A stretch of 63,334 nt of DNA from Gemmatimonadota bacterium (GTDB lineage Bacteria > Gemmatimonadota > Gemmatimonadetes > Longimicrobiales > RSA9): assembly GCA_052389275.1 (NCBI GenBank), contig JBQTID010000055.1:1-63334 (forward strand), read 5' to 3'. Each line of letters begins with the position of its first letter. Position 1 is the stretch's first letter. Made by a program: the position numbers and the translations under genes. The notes under the pieces are model-generated. The model searched no databases. It was given only the letters and a program-made list of their open reading frames with translations, and had not been told where the DNA came from. Positions 19,132 through 28,516 of the stretch are shown here, piece after piece.

Positions 19132-19530
19132 TTGGAACTCCCTATCGATCACATAGCGGTCGCGGTGCCGTCCATCACCGACGTTCTGCCGATATTCGAA
19201 CTCATCACCGGGGGCCGCAGTTCCCCGATCGAGCGCGTCGAGTCCCAGCACGTCGCGGTTGCATTCGTCGGCTCGGGTGAGACGCGCGTCGAGCTGCTAG
19301 AGCCGACCAGTCCAGCTTCTACGGTGCAGCGCTTTCTCGACCGGCGCGGCTCCGCGCTGCACCACGTCGCTTATCGGGTGTCCGACCTCGACGCGGCGCT
19401 GTCACGACTTGCTCAAGCAGGAATTCGTCTGATCGACGAAACGGGCCGGCCGGGCGCCGGCGGTCATCGCGTCGCCTTCCTGCATCCCGCGAGTACTGCC
19501 GGCATCCTGATCGAGCTCGTGGAAGGATGA
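19132..19530 (+). CDS. methylmalonyl-CoA epimerase / glyoxalase-family protein
   Basis: 132 aa with a TTG start preceded by GGAG. IDHIAVAV..VELLEP..FLDRRGSALHHVAYRV..HRVAFLHP..GILIELVE is typical of the VOC/epimerase family. Confidence 0.75.
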   Translation: MELPIDHIAVAVPSITDVLPIFELITGGRSSPIERVESQHVAVAFVGSGETRVELLEPTSPASTVQRFLDRRGSALHHVAYRVSDLDAALSRLAQAGIRLIDETGRPGAGGHRVAFLHPASTAGILIELVEG

Positions 19531-20216
19531 GTCTCAGCTTTTCCCTGATCATACCCACTCTGAACGAAGCGCGCCGGCTCGCGGGCACGCTGGTCTTTGC
19601 GCGGCTCGCGTTCGGCAATGATACCGAATACATCGTGAGCGACGGCGGCAGCACCGACGCCACGCTCGACATTGCACGCGCCGCGGGTGCCACCGTCGTG
19701 CGCGGCGCCGTCGGTCGGGGTGAGCAGCTTCAGCGCGGCGTGGTCGAGGCGCACGGAGACATCTGCGTTTTTCTGCACGCGGACACCACGCTGCCGGCCA
19801 CCGCGCGCAGCGCGATCGAGCATATGCTCGACGATCAAACCGTGGTTGGCGGGGCCTTCTCGATCGAGTTTCCGGATTCGGGTAAACGGCTTCGCATGCT
19901 GCAGCGCGCGATCAATTTCCGCTCGCGGCTGCTGCACAATGCAACCGGCGACCAGGTGATTTTTGTGCGCCGATCCGTATTAGACTCAATCGGGGGGGTG
20001 CCGAACGTGCCGCTCTTCGAGGATGTTCGGTTGTGTCGCGCGCTCAAGCGCAGGGGGCAGTTTGCGATTCTGGAGGAAAAAGTGACAACTTCGCCGCGCC
20101 TCTGGCATGAGGTCGGCACTACGCGCGGAATTCTGCTGCATCTGTCGCTGCGTGCCCTGCACGCACTCGGCATCTCACCGCTGCTGCTCGCACGCTGCTA
20201 TCCGCAACCTCGTTAA
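19527..20216 (+). CDS. family 2 glycosyltransferase
   Basis: 229 aa. [22 protein letters not shown] are GT2 signatures. Its start overlaps the upstream stop. Confidence 0.75.
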   Translation: MSLSFSLIIPTLNEARRLAGTLVFARLAFGNDTEYIVSDGGSTDATLDIARAAGATVVRGAVGRGEQLQRGVVEAHGDICVFLHADTTLPATARSAIEHMLDDQTVVGGAFSIEFPDSGKRLRMLQRAINFRSRLLHNATGDQVIFVRRSVLDSIGGVPNVPLFEDVRLCRALKRRGQFAILEEKVTTSPRLWHEVGTTRGILLHLSLRALHALGISPLLLARCYPQPR

Positions 20217-20659
20217 TTGCGAGGCGCGGTAATCACTTCCAGGTCAATCTGCTCGACCAGCCAGCTGTTTTCCTTGTAGCGCACCAGCGTAAACGGAACG
20301 TGGTAATCCCTGCTTTCGATCGTGAGTTTGACAACGAGACGGGTGGCGTCTTCGGTGCGACCGGGCACCATCTGCTCGCTCGTGATCTGGAAATCCTGAT
20401 GCGTCAGCTCGCGCGCGATAGCAAACATGCGCTGCTCGACTTCGGCGCGCGGCCAACGCCCGAGCACCGGACCTTCCCTGGTACCAAAGAGTCGCCCCAT
20501 CGCAGCGAGATCCTTCGCGTTCGCCGCGCGCAGGAATTGTTCTACCACCAGCGTTGCGCCCACACTGCCCGTGGTTGTAACCACCTGCCCGGTCACGCAG
20601 GCCGCGGCGCTCAGCGTGATCGTGCCGGTCACGATTAACGTCTTCATTAGTCGAGTCAT
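20213..20659 (-). CDS. in-frame lipoprotein-like NTF2/SnoaL-like module (possible independent gene nested in the clpB frame)
   Basis: An internal ATG at 20657-20659 gives [25 protein letters not shown].. (signal peptide plus Cys) followed by ~125 aa ([22 protein letters not shown]..). There is no stop codon between it and the ClpB core. Confidence 0.5.
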   Translation of the reverse strand: MTRLMKTLIVTGTITLSAAACVTGQVVTTTGSVGATLVVEQFLRAANAKDLAAMGRLFGTREGPVLGRWPRAEVEQRMFAIARELTHQDFQITSEQMVPGRTEDATRLVVKLTIESRDYHVPFTLVRYKENSWLVEQIDLEVITAPRN

Positions 20660-23302
20660 GGTCTCAAGTGTTGCTCCGCGCGGTGCCGCGTGTCCAGCCA
20701 CCGCGCTTTCCTGGGCGCGCTTGTGGAAGACGATGTGGTCGCCTTCGCGATCAATGCTGACTACATCGCCCTCCTCGAAATCGCCATTGAGCAATTTGAT
20801 TGCGAGAGGGTTCTGCACCAGTCGTTGAATCGCGCGCTTGAGCGGTCGTGCGCCGAATAACGGGTCGTAACCACTTTCCGCGATCAGATCCTCGGCCGAC
20901 TCGGTGAACTCCAAAAAGATCTTTTTCTCGACCAGCCAGCGCTTCACCCGCTCGAGCTGCAGCTCGACGATCTGGCGCAAATCTTCCTTGCCCAGCGGAC
21001 GGAACACGATGATGTCGTCGACGCGGTTCAGGAATTCGGGTCTGAAATGCCGACGCATCTCCTCGAGCACGACCGCTTCGACGTCGTTCCACTGGGTGCT
21101 GCCTGCGCGCTCGAGTATGTAGGGGCTGCCGATATTGGACGTCATGATGATGACCGTATTGCGGAAATCCACCGTACGCCCCTGCGAGTCGGTCAGCCTG
21201 CCGTCATCGAGGATCTGGAGGAAGATGTTGAAGACGTCGGCGTGCGCCTTCTCGATTTCATCGAACAGAATCACGGAGTACGGTCTTCTGCGCACTCGTT
21301 CGGTCAGCTGCCCGCCCTCTTCGTAGCCGATGTATCCCGGTGGCGCGCCGATCAACCGCGCGACCGAGTGCCGCTCCATGTACTCCGACATGTCGATGCG
21401 CACCATCGCTTCTTCATTGTCGAACAGAAATTCCGCCAGCGCGCGCGCCGTCTCCGTCTTGCCTACGCCGGTCGGTCCCAGGAAGATGAAGCTGCCGATC
21501 GGCCGGTTCGGGTCGTGTAACCCGGCCCTGCTCCGCCGCACCGCATCGGCCACCGCCTGCACCGCTTCGCTTTGTCCGATAACGCGCCGCGCGAGCTGCT
21601 CGTGCAGATGCGTCAGGCGCTGCTTCTCCGACTCGAGCATGCGCGTGACCGGAATGCCCGTCCATTTCGAGACGACATCCGCAATGTCTTCCGCCGTGAC
21701 TTCCTCTTTCAGGAACTTACTTTCTTTCTGAAGGTCGTGCAGCCGCGCAGCCGCCGCGGCGATCTCCTTCTCGAGTTTGGGAATCTCACCGTACTGGATT
21801 TCCGCGGCGCGATTGAGATCTGCTGACCGCTGCGCGCGCTCCAGCTCGAGCCTGAGCTGATCGGCGCGCTCCTTAAGCTCGCGAATTCTCTGGATCTGCT
21901 CTTTCTCTGCCTGCCACTTCGCTTTCATCGAGTTCGACTTCTCGCGCAAGTCGCCGAGCTCCGCCTCGATACGCTGCCGCCGCTCGACTGCATCCCGCTC
22001 ACGCTCGGATTCGAGCGCAGTCCGCTCGATGTCGAGCTGCATGATGCGGCGTTCAACTTCGTCGATCTCCTGCGGCATTGAATCGATCTCAATGCGCAGC
22101 CGCGATGCGGCTTCGTCGACCAGGTCGATCGCCTTGTCGGGCAGGAACCGATCGCCGATGTAGCGGTCTGACAGCCTGGCCGCGGCGACGATCGCACCAT
22201 CGGTAATCTTCACGCCGTGGTGAACCTCGTAGCGCTCCTTCAGACCCCGCAGAATCGCAATGGTATCCTCCACCGTCGGCTCGCCTACGAAGACGGGCTG
22301 GAAGCGCCGCTCGAGCGCCGCATCTTTCTCGACGTGCTGGCGGTATTCCTCCAGCGTCGTCGCGCCGACTACGCGCAACTCGCCGCGCGCGAGCGCCGGC
22401 TTCAGCATGTTGCCCGCATCCACTGCCCCCTCGGCAGCGCCCGCGCCAACGATCGTGTGTAGCTCATCGATGAAGACGACGTATTTGCCTTCCGCCTCCG
22501 TCAGCTCCTTCATTACCGCCTTCAGCCGTTCCTCGAACTCGCCGCGATATTTGGCGCCGGCCAGCAGCCCGCCGATGTCGAGCTGGATCAGCTTCTTGTT
22601 GCGTAGCGGCTCGGCCACATCACCGCTCACAATTCGTTGCGCGAGCCCTTCGACTATCGCCGTCTTGCCGACCCCAGGCTCGCCGATCAGCACTGGGTTG
22701 TTCTTCGTGCGCCGACTCAGCACCTGGACGACGCGGCGGATTTCCTCGTCACGACCAATCACCGGATCCACTTTGCCATGCCGTGCCAGCTCGGTCAGAT
22801 CGCGTGTGAAACGCTCGATCGCGCGATACTTTTGCTCGGGCTCCTGATCCGTGACCCGGTGCGAGCCACGCACGGCTTCCAACGCTTCACGCAGCAGCTT
22901 CGCGTCCGCGCCCTGCGCGCTCAGCAGGTCACGCGTGCTCGAGCCTTTATGCCCCGCCAGCGCGAGCAGCAGATGCTCGGTCGAGACGTATGCGTCCTTC
23001 AGCTCGCGGGCTTCGCGATCGGCCTCATCCAGGATCTTGTTCAGCTCGCGGCTTACATTGGGCGCACTGCCCCCCGATTGCTTCGGCAATCGCTTTACGG
23101 CCCCCGCCAGATCGTCACGCAGCCGCGCGATGTTCACGCCCACCTTCTGAAGCACCGGCACCACAACGGTTTCTTCCAGCTGGAGCAGCGCGTCCAGCAG
23201 GTGCAGGTCTTCGATGGATGGGTTACCGCGTCTCTGGCTTGCCGAGGCGGCCGCCTGGATGGCCTCAGCCGCCTTGATGGTCAACCGATCACCGCTGAGC
23301 AC
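20213..23302 (-). CDS. clpB: ClpB disaggregase reading through into a C-terminal lipoprotein-like module
   Basis: 1029 aa with a GTG start. Two AAA+ modules ([16 protein letters not shown]) flank a coiled-coil middle domain. ClpB homology ends near ..[14 protein letters not shown], but the frame continues for another ~160 codons. Confidence 0.9.
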   Translation of the reverse strand: MLSGDRLTIKAAEAIQAAASASQRRGNPSIEDLHLLDALLQLEETVVVPVLQKVGVNIARLRDDLAGAVKRLPKQSGGSAPNVSRELNKILDEADREARELKDAYVSTEHLLLALAGHKGSSTRDLLSAQGADAKLLREALEAVRGSHRVTDQEPEQKYRAIERFTRDLTELARHGKVDPVIGRDEEIRRVVQVLSRRTKNNPVLIGEPGVGKTAIVEGLAQRIVSGDVAEPLRNKKLIQLDIGGLLAGAKYRGEFEERLKAVMKELTEAEGKYVVFIDELHTIVGAGAAEGAVDAGNMLKPALARGELRVVGATTLEEYRQHVEKDAALERRFQPVFVGEPTVEDTIAILRGLKERYEVHHGVKITDGAIVAAARLSDRYIGDRFLPDKAIDLVDEAASRLRIEIDSMPQEIDEVERRIMQLDIERTALESERERDAVERRQRIEAELGDLREKSNSMKAKWQAEKEQIQRIRELKERADQLRLELERAQRSADLNRAAEIQYGEIPKLEKEIAAAAARLHDLQKESKFLKEEVTAEDIADVVSKWTGIPVTRMLESEKQRLTHLHEQLARRVIGQSEAVQAVADAVRRSRAGLHDPNRPIGSFIFLGPTGVGKTETARALAEFLFDNEEAMVRIDMSEYMERHSVARLIGAPPGYIGYEEGGQLTERVRRRPYSVILFDEIEKAHADVFNIFLQILDDGRLTDSQGRTVDFRNTVIIMTSNIGSPYILERAGSTQWNDVEAVVLEEMRRHFRPEFLNRVDDIIVFRPLGKEDLRQIVELQLERVKRWLVEKKIFLEFTESAEDLIAESGYDPLFGARPLKRAIQRLVQNPLAIKLLNGDFEEGDVVSIDREGDHIVFHKRAQESAVAGHAAPRGATLETMTRLMKTLIVTGTITLSAAACVTGQVVTTTGSVGATLVVEQFLRAANAKDLAAMGRLFGTREGPVLGRWPRAEVEQRMFAIARELTHQDFQITSEQMVPGRTEDATRLVVKLTIESRDYHVPFTLVRYKENSWLVEQIDLEVITAPRN

Positions 23303-23312
23303 GATTACCGCC

Positions 23313-23367
23313 TAAGCATGGGAGCATGGGAGCATGGGAGCATGGGAGCATGGGAGCGTTGGTGAGC
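23313..23367. repeat. tandem octamer array (GGGAGCAT) x4 perfect plus degenerate flanking units
   Basis: The sequence reads TAAGCAT GGGAGCAT x4 GGGAGCGT TGGTGAGC. It lies in the divergent region between the clpB start (23302) and the lipoprotein gene (23431). Confidence 0.9.
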
Positions 23368-23395
23368 AAGCGATAGGCCTTTGGTACCTGCCATA

Positions 23396-23424
23396 TTGAC
23401 ACAGCTTTACGGTGCGAATACGGT
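23396..23424 (+). promoter_or_regulatory. candidate sigma-70-type promoter giving a leaderless lipoprotein mRNA
   Basis: TTGACA (23396-23401), 17 nt spacer, TACGGT (23419-23424), then 6 nt to the ATG at 23431. Confidence 0.35.
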
Positions 23425-23430
23425 AGCGGC

Positions 23431-23739
23431 ATGAATTTCATTCGCATACTGGTCGTGCTTGGCACCCTTTCGGTCGCGGCTTGTCAGCAATCCGGCACAG
23501 TCGACCCTAAAATTGGCCTGACACGCTCCGAATTCATCGGCGTAATGAGCGATCTTCAGCTGGCGCAGCCCGAGCACCGCGCGGCCATTCTCAAAAAGCA
23601 CCGCACGACCGAGGCCGAAATCCGGGCATTCGTGCAGGCGCTGGCCGCGGATCCCATCGCCCTGAGCGCGACGCTGGACAGCATTCAGAACCGGGTAGAG
23701 CGTGGCCGCACGTTCCCCGTGCAGCCGCCTCCCCAGTAG
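23431..23739 (+). CDS. small lipoprotein, unknown function
   Basis: 102 aa. MNFIRILVVLGTLSVAAC has a lipobox (VAAC). Codon usage is consistent with the neighbouring genes. Confidence 0.6.
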   Translation: MNFIRILVVLGTLSVAACQQSGTVDPKIGLTRSEFIGVMSDLQLAQPEHRAAILKKHRTTEAEIRAFVQALAADPIALSATLDSIQNRVERGRTFPVQPPPQ

Positions 23740-23750
23740 CGGCGTAGAGC

Positions 23751-24005
23751 TTGCACTTTCGTGGGATCGTACATGATTGGTCGAGGATTACAATGGAAGT
23801 GCTTGGACATATAGAGACGGATTGCACCGGCAATTGGCGCCTGATCGGTAGTGGGGAGCATCGGCAGATACGTTGCGACCGGTGCGGCTCCCAGTTTGCC
23901 GCGACGCCCGAGAATCGACTGGCTGCGATCGACGAAAACTATGCCGGGATCTACTTGCGGCGTCTAACGGCCGAGGGCATGACGCACCTGGAATCGGAAG
24001 GCTAA
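23751..24005 (+). CDS. hypothetical small Cys-containing protein (possible zinc-ribbon; start may be 23793)
   Basis: 84 aa ORF with Cys residues at C..CDRC. I saw no recognisable family and support is weak. Confidence 0.3.
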   Translation: MHFRGIVHDWSRITMEVLGHIETDCTGNWRLIGSGEHRQIRCDRCGSQFAATPENRLAAIDENYAGIYLRRLTAEGMTHLESEG

Positions 24006-24014
24006 AGAACGGTA

Positions 24015-24092
24015 ATTGGGAGTATGGGATCATGGGAGCATGGGTGTGTGTTCGTCATGATCCGATGTCTCCCATGCTCCTCACCATTCCCA
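24015..24092. repeat. period-8 inverted-arm hairpin (GGGAGCAT family)
   Basis: Left arm is TGGGAGTA TGGGATCA TGGGAGCA TGGG. Right arm is CATGATCC GATGTCTCC CATGCTCC TCACCATTCCCA. Several pairing registers are possible. Confidence 0.8.
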
Positions 24093-24172
24093 CTCGATGG
24101 TCGCTGGCAGCTTCAGCTGATGTCGTAGCACAACACAACGGAAGCTCACGCGCTTATTCGTGAATGGAAGCT
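24083..24172 (-). pseudogene. decayed duplicate of the guaA 3' end
   Basis: CCATTCCCACTCGATGGTCGCTGGCAGCTTCAGCTGATGTCGTAGCACAACAC aligns with the true guaA end at 24245-24300 (CTATTCCCATTCAATTGTAGCTGGCGGCTTCGAGCTGATGTCGTAACACACAC). It carries substitutions and a 1-nt indel. Confidence 0.75.
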
Positions 24173-24239
24173 GGGAACATGCCATGCTCCCATGCTCCCA
24201 TGCTCCCATGCTCCCATGCTCCCATGCTCCCATGATGCC
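24173..24239. repeat. tandem octamer array (ATGCTCCC) x6 perfect, preceded by one inverted unit GGGAACAT
   Basis: 24184-24231 holds six perfect ATGCTCCC units, the exact reverse complement of the array at 23320-23351. The array ends 5 nt before the guaA stop codon. Confidence 0.9.
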
Positions 24240-24244
24240 CGGTA

Positions 24245-25792
24245 CTATTCCCATTCAATTGTAGCTGGCGGCTTCGAGCTGATGTCGTAACACACACGAT
24301 TGACTCCACGCACCTCATTGATAATGCGTGACGAGATGCGCGCGAGAACATCGTGAGGGAACGGGTACCAGTCGGCCGTCATTCCATCCCTGCTCGTCAC
24401 GGCACGCAACGCCACCACATTTTCATACGTCCGCGCATCACCCATTACACCCACGCTGCGCACCGGCAGCAGCACCGCGAATGCCTGCCAGATGTCGTCG
24501 TATAAACCGGCGGCGCGAATCTCTTCGAGGTAGATCAAGTCGGCACGCCGCAGCACGCGCAGCCGTTCCTCGCTGATGGCGCCCAGCACACGAATCGCGA
24601 GTCCCGGGCCGGGAAACGGATGCCGACCGACCATCTCCTCCGGCAACGCCAGCTCGCGACCCACGTTTCTGACTTCGTCCTTGAACAGCTCGCGCAATGG
24701 CTCGACCAGCTCGAATGGCATGTCTGCCGGCAGTCCACCCACATTGTGGTGCGTCTTGATGGTCACTGCCTGACCAACGACTGCGACCGATTCAATGACG
24801 TCCGGATAGACCGTGCCCTGCACCATGAATTTGGCGTCGGAGCCGGCGGCGCGCGTCGCACGCTCGAAAACGCGAATGAACGTTTCGCCAATGCGACGAC
24901 GCTTCTCTTCCGGTTCTTCAATGTTCTCCAGCCTGCGCAGGAAATCAGCGCTCGCATCTATGACCACCAGCTTGATGCCGAGATGCTGGCGAAAAGTTCG
25001 CTCGACGCTCTCGCGCTCGCCTGCTCGCAACAGCCCTGTATCGACGAACACGCAAGTGAGCTGATCGCCGACCGCGCGCTGAACCAGCGCCGCCGCGACC
25101 GACGAATCGACGCCGCCGGACAGGCCGCATATAATCTGCGCGCTACCCACTTGCGCTTGAATGCGCGCAACCGCGTCGTCTATGAACGAGCCCGGCGTCC
25201 AGGTCGGCTCGCAGCCGCAGATCGGAAACAGAAAATTCGAGATGATCTCGTCGCCGCGGGGTGTGTGCGCGACTTCCGGATGGAACTGCACGCAATGAAT
25301 CGGTAATTCGACGCCCCTCATTGCCGCAACCGGCAACGTTGCTGTCGATGCGATGCGCACAAAGCCAGGTGGCGCCTCGTCCACATGATCGCCATGACTG
25401 GCCCAGACGGTGATCGTCTCGCCGGTCTTGAAACCCGCGAACAGTCCGTCCGCAGCTTCGATTTTAAGCTCGGCGCGGCCGTATTCGCGAATGCCGGGAA
25501 TCACCTTGCCGCCGCGCAAATACGCGACGTTCTGCATGCCGTAGCAAATGCCGAGAACCGGAACGCCGAGATCCAGGATCTCGTTGTCAACGCGCGGCAC
25601 GCCTTCATCGTAAACCGATGTCGGGCCACCCGATAATACAATGCCCTTCGGCTGCCACCGCTCCACGAAATCCGCCGACACCGTGCCGGGATGGATCTCG
25701 CAGTACACGCGCTCCTCGCGGATACGGCGCGCGATCAGCTGCGTGAATTGTGATCCGTAATCGAGAATCAGGATGCGGTTGACGGTATCCAT
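24245..25792 (-). CDS. guaA: GMP synthase (glutamine-hydrolysing)
   Basis: 515 aa. GATase domain ([27 protein letters not shown]), ATP-PPase SGGVDSSV, and a C-terminal ..KPPATIEWE. Confidence 0.95.
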   Translation of the reverse strand: MDTVNRILILDYGSQFTQLIARRIREERVYCEIHPGTVSADFVERWQPKGIVLSGGPTSVYDEGVPRVDNEILDLGVPVLGICYGMQNVAYLRGGKVIPGIREYGRAELKIEAADGLFAGFKTGETITVWASHGDHVDEAPPGFVRIASTATLPVAAMRGVELPIHCVQFHPEVAHTPRGDEIISNFLFPICGCEPTWTPGSFIDDAVARIQAQVGSAQIICGLSGGVDSSVAAALVQRAVGDQLTCVFVDTGLLRAGERESVERTFRQHLGIKLVVIDASADFLRRLENIEEPEEKRRRIGETFIRVFERATRAAGSDAKFMVQGTVYPDVIESVAVVGQAVTIKTHHNVGGLPADMPFELVEPLRELFKDEVRNVGRELALPEEMVGRHPFPGPGLAIRVLGAISEERLRVLRRADLIYLEEIRAAGLYDDIWQAFAVLLPVRSVGVMGDARTYENVVALRAVTSRDGMTADWYPFPHDVLARISSRIINEVRGVNRVCYDISSKPPATIEWE

Positions 25793-27051
25793 TAATCGAG
25801 CAGTTCGACCTCGCCGCGCACGAGATCATCCAGCGTTTCCCGCCGGCGGATCAAACGATGTCTGTCACCTGACACGAGCACTTCCGCCGGACGCGTGCGC
25901 GCGTTGTAGGTGGACGCCATCGAGAAACCATAGGCGCCGGTGGTGTGCAGGGCGAGCAATTCGCCATCCTTCGGCTCCCGCAGCACGCGATCGAGCGCGA
26001 GGAAATCACCCGTCTCGCAGATTGGTCCGACCACATCCACGGCGAGCTTGCCACGACCGGGATACAAATGCGCAGGCTCGACGTGGTGATAGCTCGCGTA
26101 GTGACTCGGCCGCAAAAGATCGTTCATGCCCGCATCGGTAATGACGAAGGTTTTGCCGCCGCCCTTCTTCACATAGACGACGCGCGTCAGCAGAATACCC
26201 GATGGGCCCATGATGAAGCGGCCCGGCTCCAGTACGAGCCGCAAGCCGCTTCGTTTCAAATCCGGCAGCAGCGCCCGCGCGAAATCCGCAGCTTTGGGCT
26301 CACCCTCGCCTTCGTACGACACGCCGAAACCACCACCCAGGTCGATGTACTCTAGCTCGATGCCAGCTTTGCGCAGCTCGTCGACCAATTGCAGCGTGCG
26401 CTGAAGCGCCAGCTTGTATGGTTCGACTTCGAGAATCTGGCTGCCGATATGCACATCCACGCCGCGCACATGCAGTCCTTTTGCCTCCTTCGCGAATTCG
26501 TACAGGCGCGGCGCGGCGTCGATCGGAATTCCGAACTTGGTAGCCTTGTGCCCCGTACGCGTGTAGTGGTGCGGCGTCGGCGTCTCAATGTCGGGATTCA
26601 CGCGCAGCGCGATTGGCGCGCGCTTGCCGGTGGCTTCACCGAGATCGGCCAGCGCGCGCAGCTCGCCTTCGCTCTCCACGTTGAAGCTGTAAATGCCCGC
26701 ATCGAGTCCGGCGGCCAGCTCGGTGACCGTCTTGCCGACGCCGCTGAACACAATGCGTTCGGGCGGAATACCGGCGAGGCGTGCGCGGTGCAGCTCGCCC
26801 GCGCTCACAATGTCGGCGCCGGCACCCTGTTCGGCGAGCAGTCTGAGAATGGCGAGATTGCCGTTCGCCTTGACCGAGTACGCGATCAGGTGATCGATGC
26901 CTCCAAACGCTCCATCGAAATCGTGGTAGCGCTCGACAATCGCGTTCTCGCTGTATACGTACAGCGGAGTGCCGTACGCGGCCACCAGGTCTTCCGCAGT
27001 AACTCCTTCCGCGAAGAGCTTGTCACCGTGATAGTGAAATTGCGATGCCAC
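25792..27051 (-). CDS. lysA: diaminopimelate decarboxylase
   Basis: Part of ORF 25792..27141. [17 protein letters not shown] and CETGD motifs. The GTG at 27049-27051, just after the proS stop, is preferred. Its stop overlaps the guaA ATG (TAATG). Confidence 0.9.
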   Translation of the reverse strand: MASQFHYHGDKLFAEGVTAEDLVAAYGTPLYVYSENAIVERYHDFDGAFGGIDHLIAYSVKANGNLAILRLLAEQGAGADIVSAGELHRARLAGIPPERIVFSGVGKTVTELAAGLDAGIYSFNVESEGELRALADLGEATGKRAPIALRVNPDIETPTPHHYTRTGHKATKFGIPIDAAPRLYEFAKEAKGLHVRGVDVHIGSQILEVEPYKLALQRTLQLVDELRKAGIELEYIDLGGGFGVSYEGEGEPKAADFARALLPDLKRSGLRLVLEPGRFIMGPSGILLTRVVYVKKGGGKTFVITDAGMNDLLRPSHYASYHHVEPAHLYPGRGKLAVDVVGPICETGDFLALDRVLREPKDGELLALHTTGAYGFSMASTYNARTRPAEVLVSGDRHRLIRRRETLDDLVRGEVELLD

Positions 27052-27052
27052 G

Positions 27053-28516
27053 TCAGTATGCTCGCGCCCAGATTGCTTCGTGCTGCGCGGGCGCGCCGCA
27101 GACCACGCACTTTTCCGGCGCCTGCTGTGAGCGGAATTCATCGAACGGCAGGCAGCGAATCGTAGCCTTTGTCTCTTCCTTCACCTTCGTCTCGCATGCC
27201 TCCGAAGCGCACCAGCCCGCGAACACGAAACCGGCGTCGGCTTCGACCAGCTCGCGCAGCTTCTTGTAATCGGTGATGCCGCGGTGCGAGTTCGCTTCCC
27301 TGCGCGCGACCGCGGCCGCGCGCAAGGCGCGCTGATACTCCTCGAGCCGCTCGGGCACGGTAGCCAGCCCGACCGCTGCGTCCATGATCTCCTTGCGCTG
27401 AAGCCCCGCTACCTCGGTGCGTAGCACGACGACGAGCTTTTGATTGGCAACGTCCTTGGGGCCGATCTCAATGCGCATCGGTACGCCCTTACGCTCCCAT
27501 TCGTAGTACTTCGCGCCGGGCTTCAGGTTGTCGCGGGCGTCGATGTGCGTGCGCACCTGTGATGCACGCAGCGTCCGTGAGACCTGATCTGCTTTCGCAA
27601 GCACGAGCGTGCGCTCCTCGTCGCTGCGATAGATCGGCACGATCACTACCTGGGTCGGCGCCAGCCATGGTGGCACCACAATGCCGTTGTCATCGCCGTG
27701 CGTCATGACCAGTCCGCCGACCAGGCGCGTCGACACACCCCACGATGTGTTGTATGCGTAATCCTCGCCGCCGGCTTCGGTCTGAAATTTCAGATCGAAC
27801 TGTTTCGAGAAATTCTGTCCCAGCATATGTGATGTGCCCGCCTGAAGCGCCTTGTTGTCCTGCATCAGTGCTTCCACGCTGTACGTGCGCACCGCACCGG
27901 CAAACCGCTCGGAGTCGGTCTTGCGTCCCACGATCGGCGGCATGCACAGCCACTGCTCCTGAAACTCGCGGTAGATGTTGATCATGCGGACCGTCTCTTC
28001 CTCCGCCTCCGCTTCGTCCTTGTGCGCGGTGTGTCCTTCCTGCCACAGGAATTCCGCGGTGCGCAGGAACAGCCGCGTCCGCATCTCCCAGCGCACGACG
28101 TTCGCCCACTGGTTGATCAGCAGCGGCAGGTCGCGGTAGCTCTGCACCCACTTCGCGAACATCGCGTAGATGATCGTTTCGGATGTGGGCCGAATGGCGA
28201 GCGGCTCCTCCAGCTTCTTGCCGCCCGCGTGCGTGACGACCGCGACTTCAGGCGCGAAGCCTTCGATATGCTTCGCTTCGCGCTCGAGAAAGCTCATGGG
28301 AATCAGTAGCGGGAAATAGGCGTTCTGGTGGCCGGTCGCCTTGAACATGTCATCCAGCGCGCGCTGCATGCGCTCCCAGATCGCGTAGCCCCATGGCCGG
28401 ATAACCATGCTGCCCTTCACTGGCGAGTAGTCCGCCAGCTCCGCGCGCACTACGATCTCGTTGTACCACGCGCTGAAATCGTCCGAGCGCTTCGTTAATG
28501 CCTTGTCGTCTGCCAT
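27053..28516 (-). CDS. proS: prolyl-tRNA synthetase (archaeal/eukaryote-like type)
   Basis: 487 aa. MADDKALTKRSDDFSAWYNEIVVRAELADYSPVKGSMVIRPWGYAIWE plus class II motifs and a C-terminal Zn-binding-type tail. Confidence 0.9.
   Translation of the reverse strand: MADDKALTKRSDDFSAWYNEIVVRAELADYSPVKGSMVIRPWGYAIWERMQRALDDMFKATGHQNAYFPLLIPMSFLEREAKHIEGFAPEVAVVTHAGGKKLEEPLAIRPTSETIIYAMFAKWVQSYRDLPLLINQWANVVRWEMRTRLFLRTAEFLWQEGHTAHKDEAEAEEETVRMINIYREFQEQWLCMPPIVGRKTDSERFAGAVRTYSVEALMQDNKALQAGTSHMLGQNFSKQFDLKFQTEAGGEDYAYNTSWGVSTRLVGGLVMTHGDDNGIVVPPWLAPTQVVIVPIYRSDEERTLVLAKADQVSRTLRASQVRTHIDARDNLKPGAKYYEWERKGVPMRIEIGPKDVANQKLVVVLRTEVAGLQRKEIMDAAVGLATVPERLEEYQRALRAAAVARREANSHRGITDYKKLRELVEADAGFVFAGWCASEACETKVKEETKATIRCLPFDEFRSQQAPEKCVVCGAPAQHEAIWARAY

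Noticed and set aside
23303-23370. A sigma-32 heat-shock promoter for clpB formed by CTTGCTC plus the repeated CCCATGCT octamers.
   Set aside because: The octamer only loosely resembles the CCCCATnT -10 box and the spacing to CTTGCTC is off (10 or 18 nt). The same octamers occur in terminator-like contexts elsewhere. The support is too weak for a feature call.
23313-24239. Insertion sequence or integrative element bounded by the inverted octamer arrays.
   Set aside because: There is no transposase, integrase or recombinase gene inside. The same octamer family occurs at unrelated intergenic sites. Only the guaA-end duplication hints at a past integration, and that is reported separately as a hypothesis.
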